The notes beneath the pieces are model-generated. The model searched no databases and was not told the origin of the DNA. It saw nothing but the letters and a program-made list of their open reading frames with translations. From contig OZ361261.1 of the NCBI GenBank assembly GCA_977018835.1, positions 496,001 through 560,000 of the forward strand: a stretch of 64,000 nucleotides of DNA, given 5' to 3'. Below, in pieces: positions 1-11,971 of this stretch. Positions within the stretch are counted from its first letter, which is position 1; every line of letters begins with the position of its first letter. The stretch comes from Minutocellus sp. GHC0000111. Lineage: Eukaryota. A program made the position numbers and the translations under genes.

Positions 1-2148
1 ACGGGTCATTATCTGGCGGAGAGGAAGAAGAAGGCGATGATGACGAAGAAGATGAATCGTGGAGCCGATGAGAAGCATTTGGAGATGTCCAAGAAGCGAG
101 GCAGGAACGTCAGGGACGAACGTCACCTTTCCACTGCCGCAATCATCCAGGCGTCTTGTAGCGTCCCGGATCGAAGCTGGCTCGGTGATGGCGAATGCGA
201 TGGCGGTGTCTACAACGTCGAGGAGTGTGGTTGGGATGGAGGCGATTGCATCATTGATGAACTTCCAGATTGTCATGTTGATGACCCATCCATGATTGGA
301 GATGGTACATGTGATGGGGCAGAGTACAATATTTTTGCTTGTGATTGGGATGGTTCTGACTGCATCCACAATGATTACCCCGATTGCCATGTGAGCGACC
401 CTACTTACTTGGCCGACGACCACTGCGATGGTGGTGAATATGCGACAGAAGCTTGCGGGTGGGATGCAGGAGACTGTGATTCGGGCCCAGATGGCACCTG
501 CGATGTTTCCATGCAATCCTGGCTCTCAGATGGGCGCTGTGATTTGCTTCTAGAAGAGCACAACACTTTGCAGTGTGACTGGGTAAGTGTTCGTATAATC
601 TTTCTGCTCTTCTTCACAATTCGCATGCTCTTCATTTCGGCTCTTTACTACTTTTTATCTGATGTCGCTTGATTTGCTCTCTTTCTTCGCATCCCACAAA
701 AGGACGGTGGCGATTGTATCGTCCCTGAATATCCTGATTGTCATGTTCAGGTCCCCGATTTTCTAGGCGACGGGGAATGCGATGGCGGTGCATATTCGAC
801 GCCAGAGTGTGGCTTCGATCTAGGGGACTGCCCTGCCTATCAAAGTGGTCGTAACGACGATACAGGGGGTGGTGAAAACGCCGGTGTCCCTATGCAACGT
901 CTCCTCTACCTAAATGACTTCGAGGACCCCAATCGTCGTGTTTTCTCTAGTTGTGGAGGCGGTGCCGACATTAGAGATGATGTCATCAACATTCTTTTCT
1001 CTAAATCAGGCTTCAAGTTTCACCAGCAAGAGACCGTCGAGGTCGTCCATCTCGATGGCCTCCAGAGAAATCTCGATCACTCTGAAGGAGACCCGATTTT
1101 CGAAAACCCTCAAGGCGTCGGTGGGAACTTTGCCATCGGCATGTTTTCCGATCAAGAAGAAGACAAGCTTTCGCTCACACTAGACACTCACGACTTTTCA
1201 TTCCTCAACATCGGCATGAGTCTCGCCGCTGCAAATCTTCCTGGATGCGGCGGTCCATTCACCTACGAGAACCGTTTGTACAAACCAAAAGTCCACGTGT
1301 CTGTTTTGGACAGTCCCGAACTTGAAGGAGACTTCAACGGTTGGGGTGAGCCGCCCCTCGATGAAGGTGATCTCGAAGGAAGTGAAGTAAGTGGGTCAGA
1401 TCTCGCGGATCTACCATTCAAGCTGGATTGGGGCTACGATATGATTGGTCTGGATGTATCCTCATCTTCTGACGGGTACGTGACGATCGTCTTTGATCTT
1501 GAAAGCGTACCGTATGCCATCTTCGATGACCTCATTATCGTGGGATCCTCAACCAAATGGCCCTGTAATGAGGACGAACCATATGTTGAAGATCCTGAAT
1601 GCGATTGCTCCAAGGTCAGTTGCGCTGTTGGCAAAAAATGCGATCCTTACTCCTGCCTGTGCTTCGATGAGGATCTGCTTGCACCGTGTGTTGCAGTTAT
1701 CGATGAGGACGACGACTTCAACTGCAACAACTGGAACGGCAATACTCCATGCACGCAAGAAGATCTCTGGGATCTATTTAGGCAGGAATATCGCTATCGT
1801 CCGTTCTGCCTCCTGATTCCAGCTGATGAAGCCAACGATCCCCTCTCCCTTCCCGACAACTTCCTCAACGACGGCAACAAAGTTATTAAGTACGGCATCG
1901 ATCGTAACGGGGCTATCGAGGATTGGGCCTCATATTGTGAATTGGACGGTTACACCTCCAACAATGTCCAGTTCATTGGCCTGTTCGTTGATAACTCCGG
2001 AAGTATGTACAGGTCTACCGTCCAGAATTCCATCGATCAGCTCTACGATGACTGTGGAGACCAGGGCATGGAGGTTAAGGAAGTCTACAATGCTGATGAG
2101 AACTGGATTCTACCTTTCCTCACATCCCTGAAACCCGAGGAACAGTAG
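1..2148 (+). CDS. LNR (Lin-12/Notch) repeat protein with C-terminal VWA-like motif; 5' end probably outside window; intron 583-702
   Basis: Five Cys-rich repeats of the type C-V-x4-lGDG-CD-x-YN-x-C-WDGGDC. A GT(583)...AG(702) intron joins ORF 37..672 in frame to ORF 892..2148 (CDW|DGGDC). [10 protein letters not shown] is a DxSxS-type motif. The frame is open from base 1. Confidence 0.8.
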
Positions 2149-3507
2149 ATCTCTGCTAGAAAGAAGAAGAAGAAGAAGAAGTTCACCTGTACTGAATGAT
2201 TGAATTAGAGTATCTTGCTTGGCCGACAGAAGCATTTCCGTTAAATTTATGTCGGCAGCTGGTTTGTATTCTTGTTTGCATAAAATGTTTGGACATTGGC
2301 ATTGAATGAAAATTGACAGTAAAAGTTCGAAACCCCTCGACAACGAAATGAAAGCAGAAAAATAAAATACCACGAAAATGATTCACCGTGCACGGTAGAC
2401 TGTCTCTAGCTAGATCTAGATCTATCTAGCTAGTCGTCTACGAGATGTAGTCTACATGTACCGTTATTCTACATGTAGACCTCTAGCTAGCTCTAGATCT
2501 AATATCGGTACATGTACCGGTAGTAAAAAACGAAGAGGAGTTGAAAGGACTGCGTGCCGGTACCTGAGTAACTCCAGTACCAATTGGTAGATTATTCTAC
2601 AAATAGATCTACCGATCAATGCTCTCACTAATGCTACAGTAGCATCTGTAATAGCAACGGTCGAGGACGACACAGAAGTGACCGTGCCGAGAAGAACTGC
2701 CGGGAGCCAATCAGCCAGACTTAATCTGGCAACCACTTTCGAAGGCTTTGTACCGCCCAGTATTCCCAACGCTTGGAGAGATCGTGACCTCGACTAGATC
2801 TACATGTATACGTAGACCTACTGGTTCTTATCTCACCCGCACTCAATCTTACTACCCTGCAACCCTACTATGTTTACCATTGCGATTTTTCGTTTCTGTT
2901 GTTGACATTCGTTCTTACTGATGCAAATGAGGCTACCTATTCAATTGAATTTTTGGTTCTAACCTTTCATTACGATAGATAGATTTAAGCTAGGCTACAT
3001 GTACATATGTTAACTTAGCGGGAAGATGTTGAGTACATGACGCGACGTGTGAGCTCTTGAATCAGTCGAAAACCAAGACTTACTTTCGATTAAAGCCAGA
3101 AACAGACCAAGTTACAATCAGCCTTAAAGATGCATGGACACCACCACACACCACGGTAGGTCTCTAGCTACGTACCGGTAGATCTATGTCGGTAGATCTA
3201 GCTCATGTACCTAGCTAGCTACGTACGAGTAGTAGACACATGCGTTATAACGGCAATGAGTTCCAATCCATGTGGATCTATGATCTTCTTCTAGTCTATG
3301 ATCCGCATGGAATGGATTGAAAGATGACTTGGACTTCGCCAGCAGACGAACGCGTCGGGTGGACGGACGGACCAGAGGATTGCCATCATTCTATTCTGCT
3401 TGCAATTAAGAGGATTCCCACGATCAATCCGATAAAATCCGGTCTCCGGTCAGCACTGACTTGCCAAGAGCAGAGGGACATATATTCGTCACGCTTGTAG
3501 AACAACC

Positions 3508-4395
3508 ATGGGAGTCCAAGAAGAGCTCGAGTCACTTCGGCAGCAGGGCGTGACGAAGACGCATGCGTCTGCCTTGGCTCAAAAGGGCGGCCGAGCCCTC
3601 TCCACGCCCCAGGCGGAAGAAGAGGCCCTCAAGGCCGAGCAGGAGCGACTGAGGAAGACCAACTACGGCAAGGACGCCGACGAAAACTTGAAGTCGTTCA
3701 ACGATACCAAGGCTTTGAAGGGCGGGAAGAGTGGGACCAAGGTGACGGCCGAGAGTTTGCTCGGTGCTGCCGCGGGGGCGGCTGGTGCTGATGCGGGTGA
3801 GGAAAAGGATGAGGCCAATGACGATGCAGCTACCGAGGCGGCCATCAAGATGAAGGCCAAGACTCTGGAGGAGGACTCTGACGATGACGATGATGTTCCA
3901 GATCTCGAAGAACAAGATGGTATCGGTGCTACCGTGGAAGGCGCAGATCCGTCTGCTCGGCAGCTCAACCGCGCCGAGAAGAAGGCCCGGAAGATGATGC
4001 AGCGCCTCAACATGCGTCCCGTATCGGACATTTCGCGCGTCACCTTCAAGCCCAGGGGTGGAGGGTACTTTGCCATCGACTCTCCAGACGTGTATGAGAA
4101 GAATGGATCCTATGTTATCTTTGGCGAGGCGTACCACGGCGGACAGCAGGCCGCCATGCAACAAGCCGCTATGCAGCAGGCCAAGGCCGCTGCCGCCCTC
4201 CAGGACAAGGATGGCAGCGGTGATGTGCCTACCTTGGATGACGACGCCGACGAGGCCGTCGATGACAGCGGCGTTGAGGCCAAGGACATCGAGCTCGTCA
4301 TGTCCCAGGCCTCCTGCTCCCGGGCCAAGGCTGTTGCCGCTCTAAAGGAGAACGACGGCGATCTGGTCAATGCCATCATGTCTCTAACGACATGA
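3508..4395 (+). CDS. NACA: Nascent polypeptide-associated complex alpha subunit, with N-terminal extension
   Basis: NAC domain (NRAEKKARKMMQRL...RVTFK...IDSPDVY...YVIFGEA) and C-terminal UBA-like domain (DIELVMSQASCSRAKAVAALKENDGDLVNAIMSLT). Confidence 0.93.
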   Translation: MGVQEELESLRQQGVTKTHASALAQKGGRALSTPQAEEEALKAEQERLRKTNYGKDADENLKSFNDTKALKGGKSGTKVTAESLLGAAAGAAGADAGEEKDEANDDAATEAAIKMKAKTLEEDSDDDDDVPDLEEQDGIGATVEGADPSARQLNRAEKKARKMMQRLNMRPVSDISRVTFKPRGGGYFAIDSPDVYEKNGSYVIFGEAYHGGQQAAMQQAAMQQAKAAAALQDKDGSGDVPTLDDDADEAVDDSGVEAKDIELVMSQASCSRAKAVAALKENDGDLVNAIMSLTT

Positions 4396-4542
4396 GACAC
4401 CGATATCGGTACTGTAGTACACGTAGCTTAGAAGCATTGGAGAAAATGGCGATGCACACTGCATCGCAAATTTCAATATAATACTAGCGATTTCTACTAT
4501 GACAAATTGAATCTATTTCATGTCGCTACAGTGGCAGCCATT

Positions 4543-6357
4543 TTAGAAGCCAAGTAGATTGGTGATTGGCTTGCCACTCAGCAATTCAATGAGAAGTGTG
4601 GTGAGGACTCCGAATATTGCCACTCGGCCGTTGAATCGCTCACCCATCCTCATCCGCAGTTCAGAGTCACCTCCGACGCCACCAACTCCCGCGCTTTGGA
4701 TCTCGGCTTGACCATCGACGCTCTGAAGGTCCAAGTTGCCAACATTGTTCGCCACGCAGGCTTCGGTCACCGTCTGGCTGGGCTCGCTAAGAGCTTCCAC
4801 TACCATGTCGGCCATGTCGTCAATAAAGGCAGACTCCGTGTTGAGAGCGGGACATCTCCTCCAGTTGGTAATGCCAGATTCTTCCGCAAGCTCGCGATAT
4901 TCGATATCAATTTCTTCCAATGTTTCAATGTGTTCGCTAACGAAGCTGATGGGAACCACAACCGGATTCTTCACACCGGCCTCGCCAAGCTCTGGAAGGA
5001 CATCGTCGGTATAGGGTCGGAGCCATTCGATCGGTCCTACTCTGGATTGGTACGAGAGATGAATCTTGACGCCGTCCTCTTCTCCCGGGAGGGCATCCGA
5101 TATCAAACGGACGCACTCTTGAATTTGCTTCTGGTACGGATCTCCAGCTTCGATATACGATTGCGGCACCCCGTGAGCCGAAAACAGCACGTGTCGCGCG
5201 CAGTCCTGCTTTCCATCGGCAGTGCCCTGAGCAATCTGCTCGGGGGTGAACGCGTCCAGCTCCTTCTTGATCAGGTCCGCCATCGCCCCGACGTATCCCG
5301 GCCGGTCGTACCACGACGGAACGACCGTGTGGACCAGCTTCTGCTCTCCCTACTCCTCCTTGCTCCGTGCGAATTCCTCCTGCAGTACCCGCAGGCTGGA
5401 CCCCGACGTCGAGATGGAGAACTGCGGATACAGCGGGATGATGACCAGAGCATTGATCCCGTCCTCCTTGACCTTTTCCAGTGCCTCCTCCGTGAAGGGA
5501 TACCAGTATCGCATCCCCACGTATGTCTTGGCGTCAATGTCATACCGCTCCTTGAGCGACTTGGCAACGAGGTCGGCCTGCGCGTTGGAGTATTTGAGGA
5601 TCGGACTCCCGCCGCCGATGGACTCGTACGCCGCGCGGGACTTTGGTGCTCTTCGCTTCGAAATAAATTTGGCAATCACGCTCTGTAGCGGTGCCAGTGG
5701 CTTCGGCAGCCGGATGATATCCGGATCGGCAAATAGATTGAACAGGAATCCTGCGAAAGGAGTCGAGTCGAGTCATATGAATGAGAAGCCGAAGCCGGAG
5801 TTAGTTATTGAGACATACTATATCGTGCAATTAAATTCAGCGCAAGCAAATTCTCATCGCAAAAAGACTCCTATAAGCTTACCTTCCACGTCCTCTCCGG
5901 TCTCGGGACCTCCCAGGTTGAGCAGAAGGACGCCCACCTTGGTCGTTTCGTCGGCATCATCGATCGCATCGGCTTCCGGTTGCGACAAGGCCGCGACATC
6001 CTCAAAAGTTGCCGTCGTTGCCGCCCCTAAGGCAGTGGCTGCAACATCATGACTTTTTAATAAGGAGCCTTCTTCTGATAAGATGCTTGAAAGTCTATTG
6101 CTGGCATAACTGCTCCTACTTCTGGCAGCAGTTGATGCGGTGCCAACGGTGCCGAAGGCGGAACAAAGGTCCGGAACCGCCGAGAGGCAGCAGCCCAAAA
6201 GGCAGCATGCGGTGAGCGTCCAGACAGCGCCAAGCTGGGATGGTGGGGAACCGCGCGCCTTCCCGTCACTGCTGTCCCTTCTCCGTGATCTCTGGTGCAT
6301 TTTTTCTTCTGGGTAGGGCCGCGAATGACCCGTCTTTGCCTCTCGGGCCCTCATCAT
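4543..6357 (-). CDS. hemH: Plastid ferrochelatase with C-terminal CAB/LHC motif; intron 5751-5882; in-frame TAG at 5350-5352
   Basis: [76 protein letters not shown]-terminal [14 protein letters not shown] leader. The frame continues unshifted through the TAG ([21 protein letters not shown]). Start may be 6300. Confidence 0.92.
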
Positions 6358-6640
6358 GGTGGCGAAGGCGAAGGCGCTGACCGACCACGCACGAAGCAGG
6401 GACGACTCGACTCGATCGACTCAGGTCTGCAGATCGACCCAAAAATGCTCCTCTTCGCCCACGATATTCTTCTTGGCTTGCATGGCGATGACTGGAAATA
6501 TGCGATGCATTCGTCTTGCTTGTCCGAGCAATCTAAAAGCCCCCTTTCCTTCTTTTACACCAGCGCATGCCATTTCCATTTTGTCATCATCATGATCGCA
6601 GCACCTTCAACAGCAGTGCTCTTGCTGCCACGCATCTTTC

Positions 6641-7075
6641 TTGGATTGCAACACATGCAATCTCACTACTGTTCTGGCGAACTATGCGTCAATTCTCTCC
6701 GTCATTTGGTTCATCCTCGCCATGTCTTTGTACTTCTCAACGCGATTTTTGGAGGTGCGATGGCATGAAAGTGAGGGGATAATCTGGCCTGAATGTCCAT
6801 GGATGACGTGCCCACATGAAGAAGTTGCAGCAGGAGATTGCGATGAAGCAGGTTGTTATCGAGATCTTCTCACCGTGGATGCATCGAGTAATGTGGCGAT
6901 AGATGATGTATGTTGTTTTTGCCTCTGTGGTTATCAGCAGCCAGAAAATTCCGGGAGAATAGTTCAAGGCAAATGTTGTGGGAATATTTATCATCGAAAT
7001 TGCGTCACGCTTTGGCTTCTGCAAAACCGAGATGATTGTCCCATGTGCCGTGCAAAGATTGTAACCACAAAATGA
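6641..7075 (+). CDS. Small transmembrane RING-finger protein; start uncertain (possible frameshift from ATG 6592)
   Basis: Hydrophobic segment ILSVIWFILAMSLYF followed by CCFCL...CCGNIYHRNCVTLWL...CPMCR. No ATG in frame upstream of the TTG at 6641 before the in-frame TGA at 6593. Confidence 0.6.
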   Translation: MDCNTCNLTTVLANYASILSVIWFILAMSLYFSTRFLEVRWHESEGIIWPECPWMTCPHEEVAAGDCDEAGCYRDLLTVDASSNVAIDDVCCFCLCGYQQPENSGRIVQGKCCGNIYHRNCVTLWLLQNRDDCPMCRAKIVTTK

Positions 7076-7122
7076 TCGTCAAAATTGTTCAGCACTACAA
7101 TAGATTATAAGTTATGTAGATA

Positions 7123-8163
7123 TCATCTTACAAAAGGACCATCGCCGTATGGACCAAAGCATTCGCTCAAATAGCCAGATCCAAATTCAATTCGAGCTGC
7201 ATCATCGCATTGAGCTGAAATCGTGCCTGTCCCACCTACAATCTCTGGAGCAACGAAGTACTGAAAGGAAAGGGCAAGAGTTTTCGAACAAAAGGCGCCA
7301 AATATTAGCAGCGCTGCGGCACCCTCTCCATCATCCTCGTTGGGGTCAACATCAAGCGATCCCGCCCCTGGAACGCCCAACAATATTCGCTCGCGGACCA
7401 TGCCTGCCCACTCGTCTTCGTTAATCCCACATTCGTCTGGTCGGCGAGACACATCCAACCAGGATGCAAACTCTTGAGCAACGCGCCTATTCAGTAAGCG
7501 CCCAGCATCCGCTTCCTTGACCAAGTCAATTGATTCAGTCACTGCTATCGCACCATCATCTCGTATTGCAACGACCGTATTGCCTTCCGCTTCCGCTATT
7601 GGCAAAGTAATATTTCCAGTCGCAAGAGCATTGGCAAACATGGAATAGACAGGCTTCCAAGAGAAAGCGGAGACTTTGCAGGGATCTGCCGAACGACTCT
7701 CGATAGTCCACCCACAAGAATTGGCCAAATTGTACAACCAGCTGGACCCAGCTGGGATCCACGTTGCCCTCCACCTAACGTTGAGTGTGTTGTCGTCGAT
7801 CGCCTGGCATCGCTTGACTTCTGAAGAGTACCCGTCAAACAGACTTATGCAATCGTTGTGCCGACTGATTCTTCCCACATTGTACTTGGACAAGCTAATT
7901 TCTCTTCGAGGGACAAAGTCAGACGAGAACAATATGGTGGAACCTTCTTGTTGTTCGACTATTGCATGGAAAGATACTGACGTGGCGTCCTTGTTGCGAC
8001 TGGGTGTAAGGATGGCCGTTTTCAGAGTGACGAGATCAGCTGATGTTTGGATTGCGAAGCTTTGAACCAGGGAAGTGGTTGTGAGTAGCAAGAAAACCAG
8101 CCGGTGCAAAGCTCGTAACATCGACCACTTCATTCCCTGCCTCTCCTTCATCACATGGAGCAT
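7123..8163 (-). CDS. Hypothetical, probably plastid-targeted protein with C-terminal membrane segment
   Basis: 346-aa ORF with signal-peptide-like LVFLLLTTTSLVQSFA and a hydrophobic C-terminal stretch. No family recognised. Confidence 0.65.
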   Translation of the reverse strand: MLHVMKERQGMKWSMLRALHRLVFLLLTTTSLVQSFAIQTSADLVTLKTAILTPSRNKDATSVSFHAIVEQQEGSTILFSSDFVPRREISLSKYNVGRISRHNDCISLFDGYSSEVKRCQAIDDNTLNVRWRATWIPAGSSWLYNLANSCGWTIESRSADPCKVSAFSWKPVYSMFANALATGNITLPIAEAEGNTVVAIRDDGAIAVTESIDLVKEADAGRLLNRRVAQEFASWLDVSRRPDECGINEDEWAGMVRERILLGVPGAGSLDVDPNEDDGEGAAALLIFGAFCSKTLALSFQYFVAPEIVGGTGTISAQCDDAARIEFGSGYLSECFGPYGDGPFVR

Positions 8164-8287
8164 GGTGGTGTCTGGGATCGATTTCGGGATTTCCTCTTGG
8201 CGGGACCAGCAATAATCTCGAGTGCCCCCCGCCGCCCGCCGCGCCCCTCATTCCCTCATATCGATATCATCTCCGCACAGCACGACC

Positions 8288-9052
8288 ATGACCGACAAGG
8301 AGGAACGAGTGGACGCTGGGCGGTGGTTCCCCCTCGAATCGAATCCCCCTCTGCTCAATTCATACATCAGCAAGCTCGGTCTCGACACCAACCAGTTGGA
8401 GTTCGTCGATGTCTTCTCTACTGAGGATTGGGCGCTGGAAATGGTGCCGCAACCGGTGGCGGCTGTTATTATGCTCTACCCCATCTCTCCGCCGCAAGAG
8501 GCGCACAGGGCGGCCGAGAACACGGATGTGATACCCAAGCAGCAGGTGTCCGATAAGGTTTGGTACATGAAGCAGCGGATTGGCAACGCTTGTGGCACCA
8601 TCGGAATCCTCCATGCACTTGGCAACCTCTCCACGGCTGTACCGGGAGGTGGGAAGGACGGCCTCATCCAACAGGGCTCTTGGATGGACCGCTTCTACTC
8701 GAAGTGTCCTCACACCCTTAGCCCAACCGAGAAGGCTTCGATTCTGGAATCAGATCAAGAAATTGAGACCATGCACGATGCCGCGACTTCTGATGATGCC
8801 AATCAGACTGGCCGTGGTAGCCTGGAGGATGCTGTCAATACCCATTTCGTCGCACTGGTCAACGTCGACGGAGGACTTTACGAGCTAGATGGACGAAAGG
8901 AAGCGCCGATTCATCATGGACCTACAGAGGAGGCATCATTTCTCAGAGATGCCTGCGGCGTCGTTGATAAATTTATGCAGAGAGATCCGGGAGAACTGCG
9001 ATTTACTATTGTTGCCTTGGCAACCAAGAACGCAGAGAATCACGGTGTGTAA
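8288..9052 (+). CDS. UCHL3: Ubiquitin carboxyl-terminal hydrolase (peptidase C12, UCH-L3-like)
   Basis: WFPLESNP, QRIGNACGTIGILHAL (catalytic Cys), THFVALV (His), LYELDGRK (Asp). Confidence 0.95.
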   Translation: MTDKEERVDAGRWFPLESNPPLLNSYISKLGLDTNQLEFVDVFSTEDWALEMVPQPVAAVIMLYPISPPQEAHRAAENTDVIPKQQVSDKVWYMKQRIGNACGTIGILHALGNLSTAVPGGGKDGLIQQGSWMDRFYSKCPHTLSPTEKASILESDQEIETMHDAATSDDANQTGRGSLEDAVNTHFVALVNVDGGLYELDGRKEAPIHHGPTEEASFLRDACGVVDKFMQRDPGELRFTIVALATKNAENHGV

Positions 9053-9528
9053 CTAAATTCTATTATAGATTTCCAACTATCTTGAAGTCGCATAAGGCAT
9101 AAAGACAATAGGTCACAAAGTCAAAACATCAATGATTCGCCTGTTCTACTCGTAGTGAATTCTGGGCCACTTCTCATAACCTCGGAATTGCTCATGACCA
9201 TGTCCTTTGTTGGAGTGACGAGCCGAGAAGCCACCTCCCTCAGAGCATCGGCCAGTCTCAAAGTGAGACTTGCACATGAAGATCAGCGCCTGCCTAATCA
9301 ATGGCCCGTATCATATGTAGCATAGTGTGGTGTAAGAGTCGAGGTTTTATCAATATATTTTAGGATTTATAAATATCGAGTGCTATCTATATTTTGTGCA
9401 TGATGTGGACTTGCTGAATATGTACATGTAGATCTAACAGCCAGGCTTCCGGTGTATATATACATTTTATATAATAATATACAGGCGTCGTCTGTATGAA
9501 TTCAAGTTGTTTTCTCTTTTTTTTGGAA

Positions 9529-10473
9529 TTAGATTGTCCCACCAACACTATCCTCCTCGTAGTCAAGGCCCTGTAAGAGGTCGTCGCCAAGGGAGAGATG
9601 CCCTCGCTCGTACGACACACAGTATCGATGGCTACTTCTGCTGCTTTCTTGGCGATCTTCTACTCCAGGGCTGCCTTGATGATCGTCGTTGAGAGATATT
9701 CGAAATACCTCGCCTTCGGCAAGAGATGACTCTTCATCTTCGCCGAGAGAGGAGACGGTGGCGCCGGTCGAGTCGTCGTCCTCCATGTCAATGGAGAGAC
9801 TTGAAGCAAAGGACAGATGTCCAATTTCGTGGGACAGGCGATAGGTATCGGTGCTATTGCGTTGGATGGAGATCCTACCTTCATGCTCGTTTTCGTCCAG
9901 AAGGTGAAGGAGGTGATCTCCGGCGTACTTGGTGAAGCATATTTCGTGGGATATCCGGTAGGTACTCGGGGTGCCATCGACGTCGTTGAGGCTTCCAGAG
10001 AAACATGAAAGTCCATCAGTTTCACTGATGTCTTGAGTCATGCAGCATGTAGCGGAGTTTGCTGAATCTTCTCTCTTTGGTATGTGTGGGGTCTGTTGGC
10101 CTTCGTCTTGTTGTCCTGCTACCGGTACTTTCTTCTCTGGCTTGGTCACGGGGGTGGGGACGAGGTCAACGATCGAGATTGAGAAATCTTCTGGTTGCTG
10201 GGAGGAGGGCGCGATCTTCTTGTTGGCATCGTGCTTTGTTTCATCGAGATGTGACGATGAGCACTGCTTTTGTGAGGTATGGGTTGTAGACATTTCCTTT
10301 CTTTGGCCCGTCTGACGCGGTGACGAACATGGATGAGAAGGAAAGTTTCCGAGGGAGTTTTGCCCAATTTCTGATGGTGCTGATGCCAGTGGAGCGATGC
10401 GATCTGATGCACCAAACGATGCTAAGCGAGGAGTCGCACTTGTAGATCTAAATTCGTTGCGATTGGCGTTCAT
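9529..10473 (-). CDS. Hypothetical Ser/Asp-rich protein
   Basis: Long ORF, ATG at 10473; internal repeat TYRISHEI/TYRLSHEI. No family recognised. Confidence 0.5.
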   Translation of the reverse strand: MNANRNEFRSTSATPRLASFGASDRIAPLASAPSEIGQNSLGNFPSHPCSSPRQTGQRKEMSTTHTSQKQCSSSHLDETKHDANKKIAPSSQQPEDFSISIVDLVPTPVTKPEKKVPVAGQQDEGQQTPHIPKREDSANSATCCMTQDISETDGLSCFSGSLNDVDGTPSTYRISHEICFTKYAGDHLLHLLDENEHEGRISIQRNSTDTYRLSHEIGHLSFASSLSIDMEDDDSTGATVSSLGEDEESSLAEGEVFRISLNDDHQGSPGVEDRQESSRSSHRYCVSYERGHLSLGDDLLQGLDYEEDSVGGTI

Positions 10474-11101
10474 GGCTTGTAGTGAAAGGTGTAGATTTTG
10501 AGAGGAATAGAACGTGGTACTAGAGACTAGTAGGTGGAATACAATCAGTCTGTTAATGTTTTCAGGAAAGTGAGGCCGAGGCCGAGTTTGCATTGCGCCT
10601 GTGTGTCTGCCGACGCGTTGATGAGTCATGCTTCCGGTAGGAGCGGTAACGAAAAAAGGAAAGTGTGTACTTTTTGTGTTCAGCAAAAGGTGGCGGGCGG
10701 GGGCTATTTTATGTGGATGGTGACAATTTCGGGAATGTTCCCGCGGTGACGAAATCACAATCCAGAACACTGTTCCAGAAAGCCGAGATTTCTTTTGTGT
10801 ACCTGGTATGCGCTCTGCTCAATGCTGCTACGTAGGAATTCCTACGCGGAACAGTGCAACATGTCAAAATGAAAAATAGGAATTCAAATGATGAAGCGAC
10901 GGGGAACAATAAGAAAAAAGGAATTCAAATGAAGCGACGGGGAACAAAATGACGGGGAAATTTCCCCGATTACGGACCCGATTACAGACCCGAGGAAAGC
11001 GCCCACAATAGCCCATTTGCATCGGACAAACCTATCGGACATCAAGCGACGTGGCGATTTTTGACATTACAACGTAGCTAGTAATTTTCCGTCATCATTG
11101 C

Positions 11102-11971
11102 ATGGCTATTATTAGAAAGATGAATACTAACGACGCCAACTCTTCTTCTTCATCGTCAGTCTTCGCCAACTTTCTTGTCCGGCCTTTGTCGTCATCGGGT
11201 CGCATCATCACTTCGAGCAGCAGGCCAAAACGAAGGTTGAGCCTGATAATTGCCCTGAAGAAGGATAATACTAATAACGAGCACGACGACCACGCAACGA
11301 CCACCAAGGAAAGCGATGTGCTGGTAGGCATAGTCGACAGCAAAGTAGACAACAAGCTCTCCCAAGACTTGTTCACAAGCGATGACGACAACCATGTACT
11401 AGTATCATGTCGTCGCTCTTCTATCAATGTTGCCCGAGAGCTCTGGGGAGACATGGGTGCAGACGACGGTGGTCTTTCCCCTGAGGCACTCGCAGCTTTG
11501 AGTGGCTCTCGGCGACAGAGCCAACAAAATCAAAGTTTCTCTTGGGCCATATCTTCAGCAACAAGAAATATCGGCGATGCCAATGCCATCGCTGCTCATC
11601 AAGGTGATATCAAAACACAAACGTTGCGTATGGTATCAGACGACGACGATGAAGAAGAAGAAGTTGCCACCAGGATCAACATCGATTCAACGAAAATGTC
11701 CACCGAATTCCACTTGCCATCACTTACTTCGAATAAGGCGATCCTACGAGCCAAGATTGACGAGATGTCCTGGAAATTGGTGCAGACCCGGCAACGGACA
11801 GGAGAAAGCCGCATTCTGGTTCATAATCACGTTCCGACGAAACCCTCCTTCCCCACAGATCACGACCAATCATGCTCTCCTGCCAAGAAGAGACGTCGCG
11901 ATGCCGAGCTCACCGATGCTCCCGAAGGACTATGGCGTCATTTCGCATCTGATTTCTTTTCCAAAGACTAA
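11102..11971 (+). CDS. Hypothetical low-complexity protein
   Basis: 289-aa ATG-initiated ORF with a basic C-terminal NLS-like PAKKRRR. Confidence 0.5.
   Translation: MAIIRKMNTNDANSSSSSSVFANFLVRPLSSSGRIITSSSRPKRRLSLIIALKKDNTNNEHDDHATTTKESDVLVGIVDSKVDNKLSQDLFTSDDDNHVLVSCRRSSINVARELWGDMGADDGGLSPEALAALSGSRRQSQQNQSFSWAISSATRNIGDANAIAAHQGDIKTQTLRMVSDDDDEEEEVATRINIDSTKMSTEFHLPSLTSNKAILRAKIDEMSWKLVQTRQRTGESRILVHNHVPTKPSFPTDHDQSCSPAKKRRRDAELTDAPEGLWRHFASDFFSKD

Noticed and set aside
5350..5352. Stop-codon reassignment or readthrough to explain in-frame TAG/TAA/TGA
   Set aside because: All three codons terminate normal genes in this window, and the stops co-occur with frameshifts.
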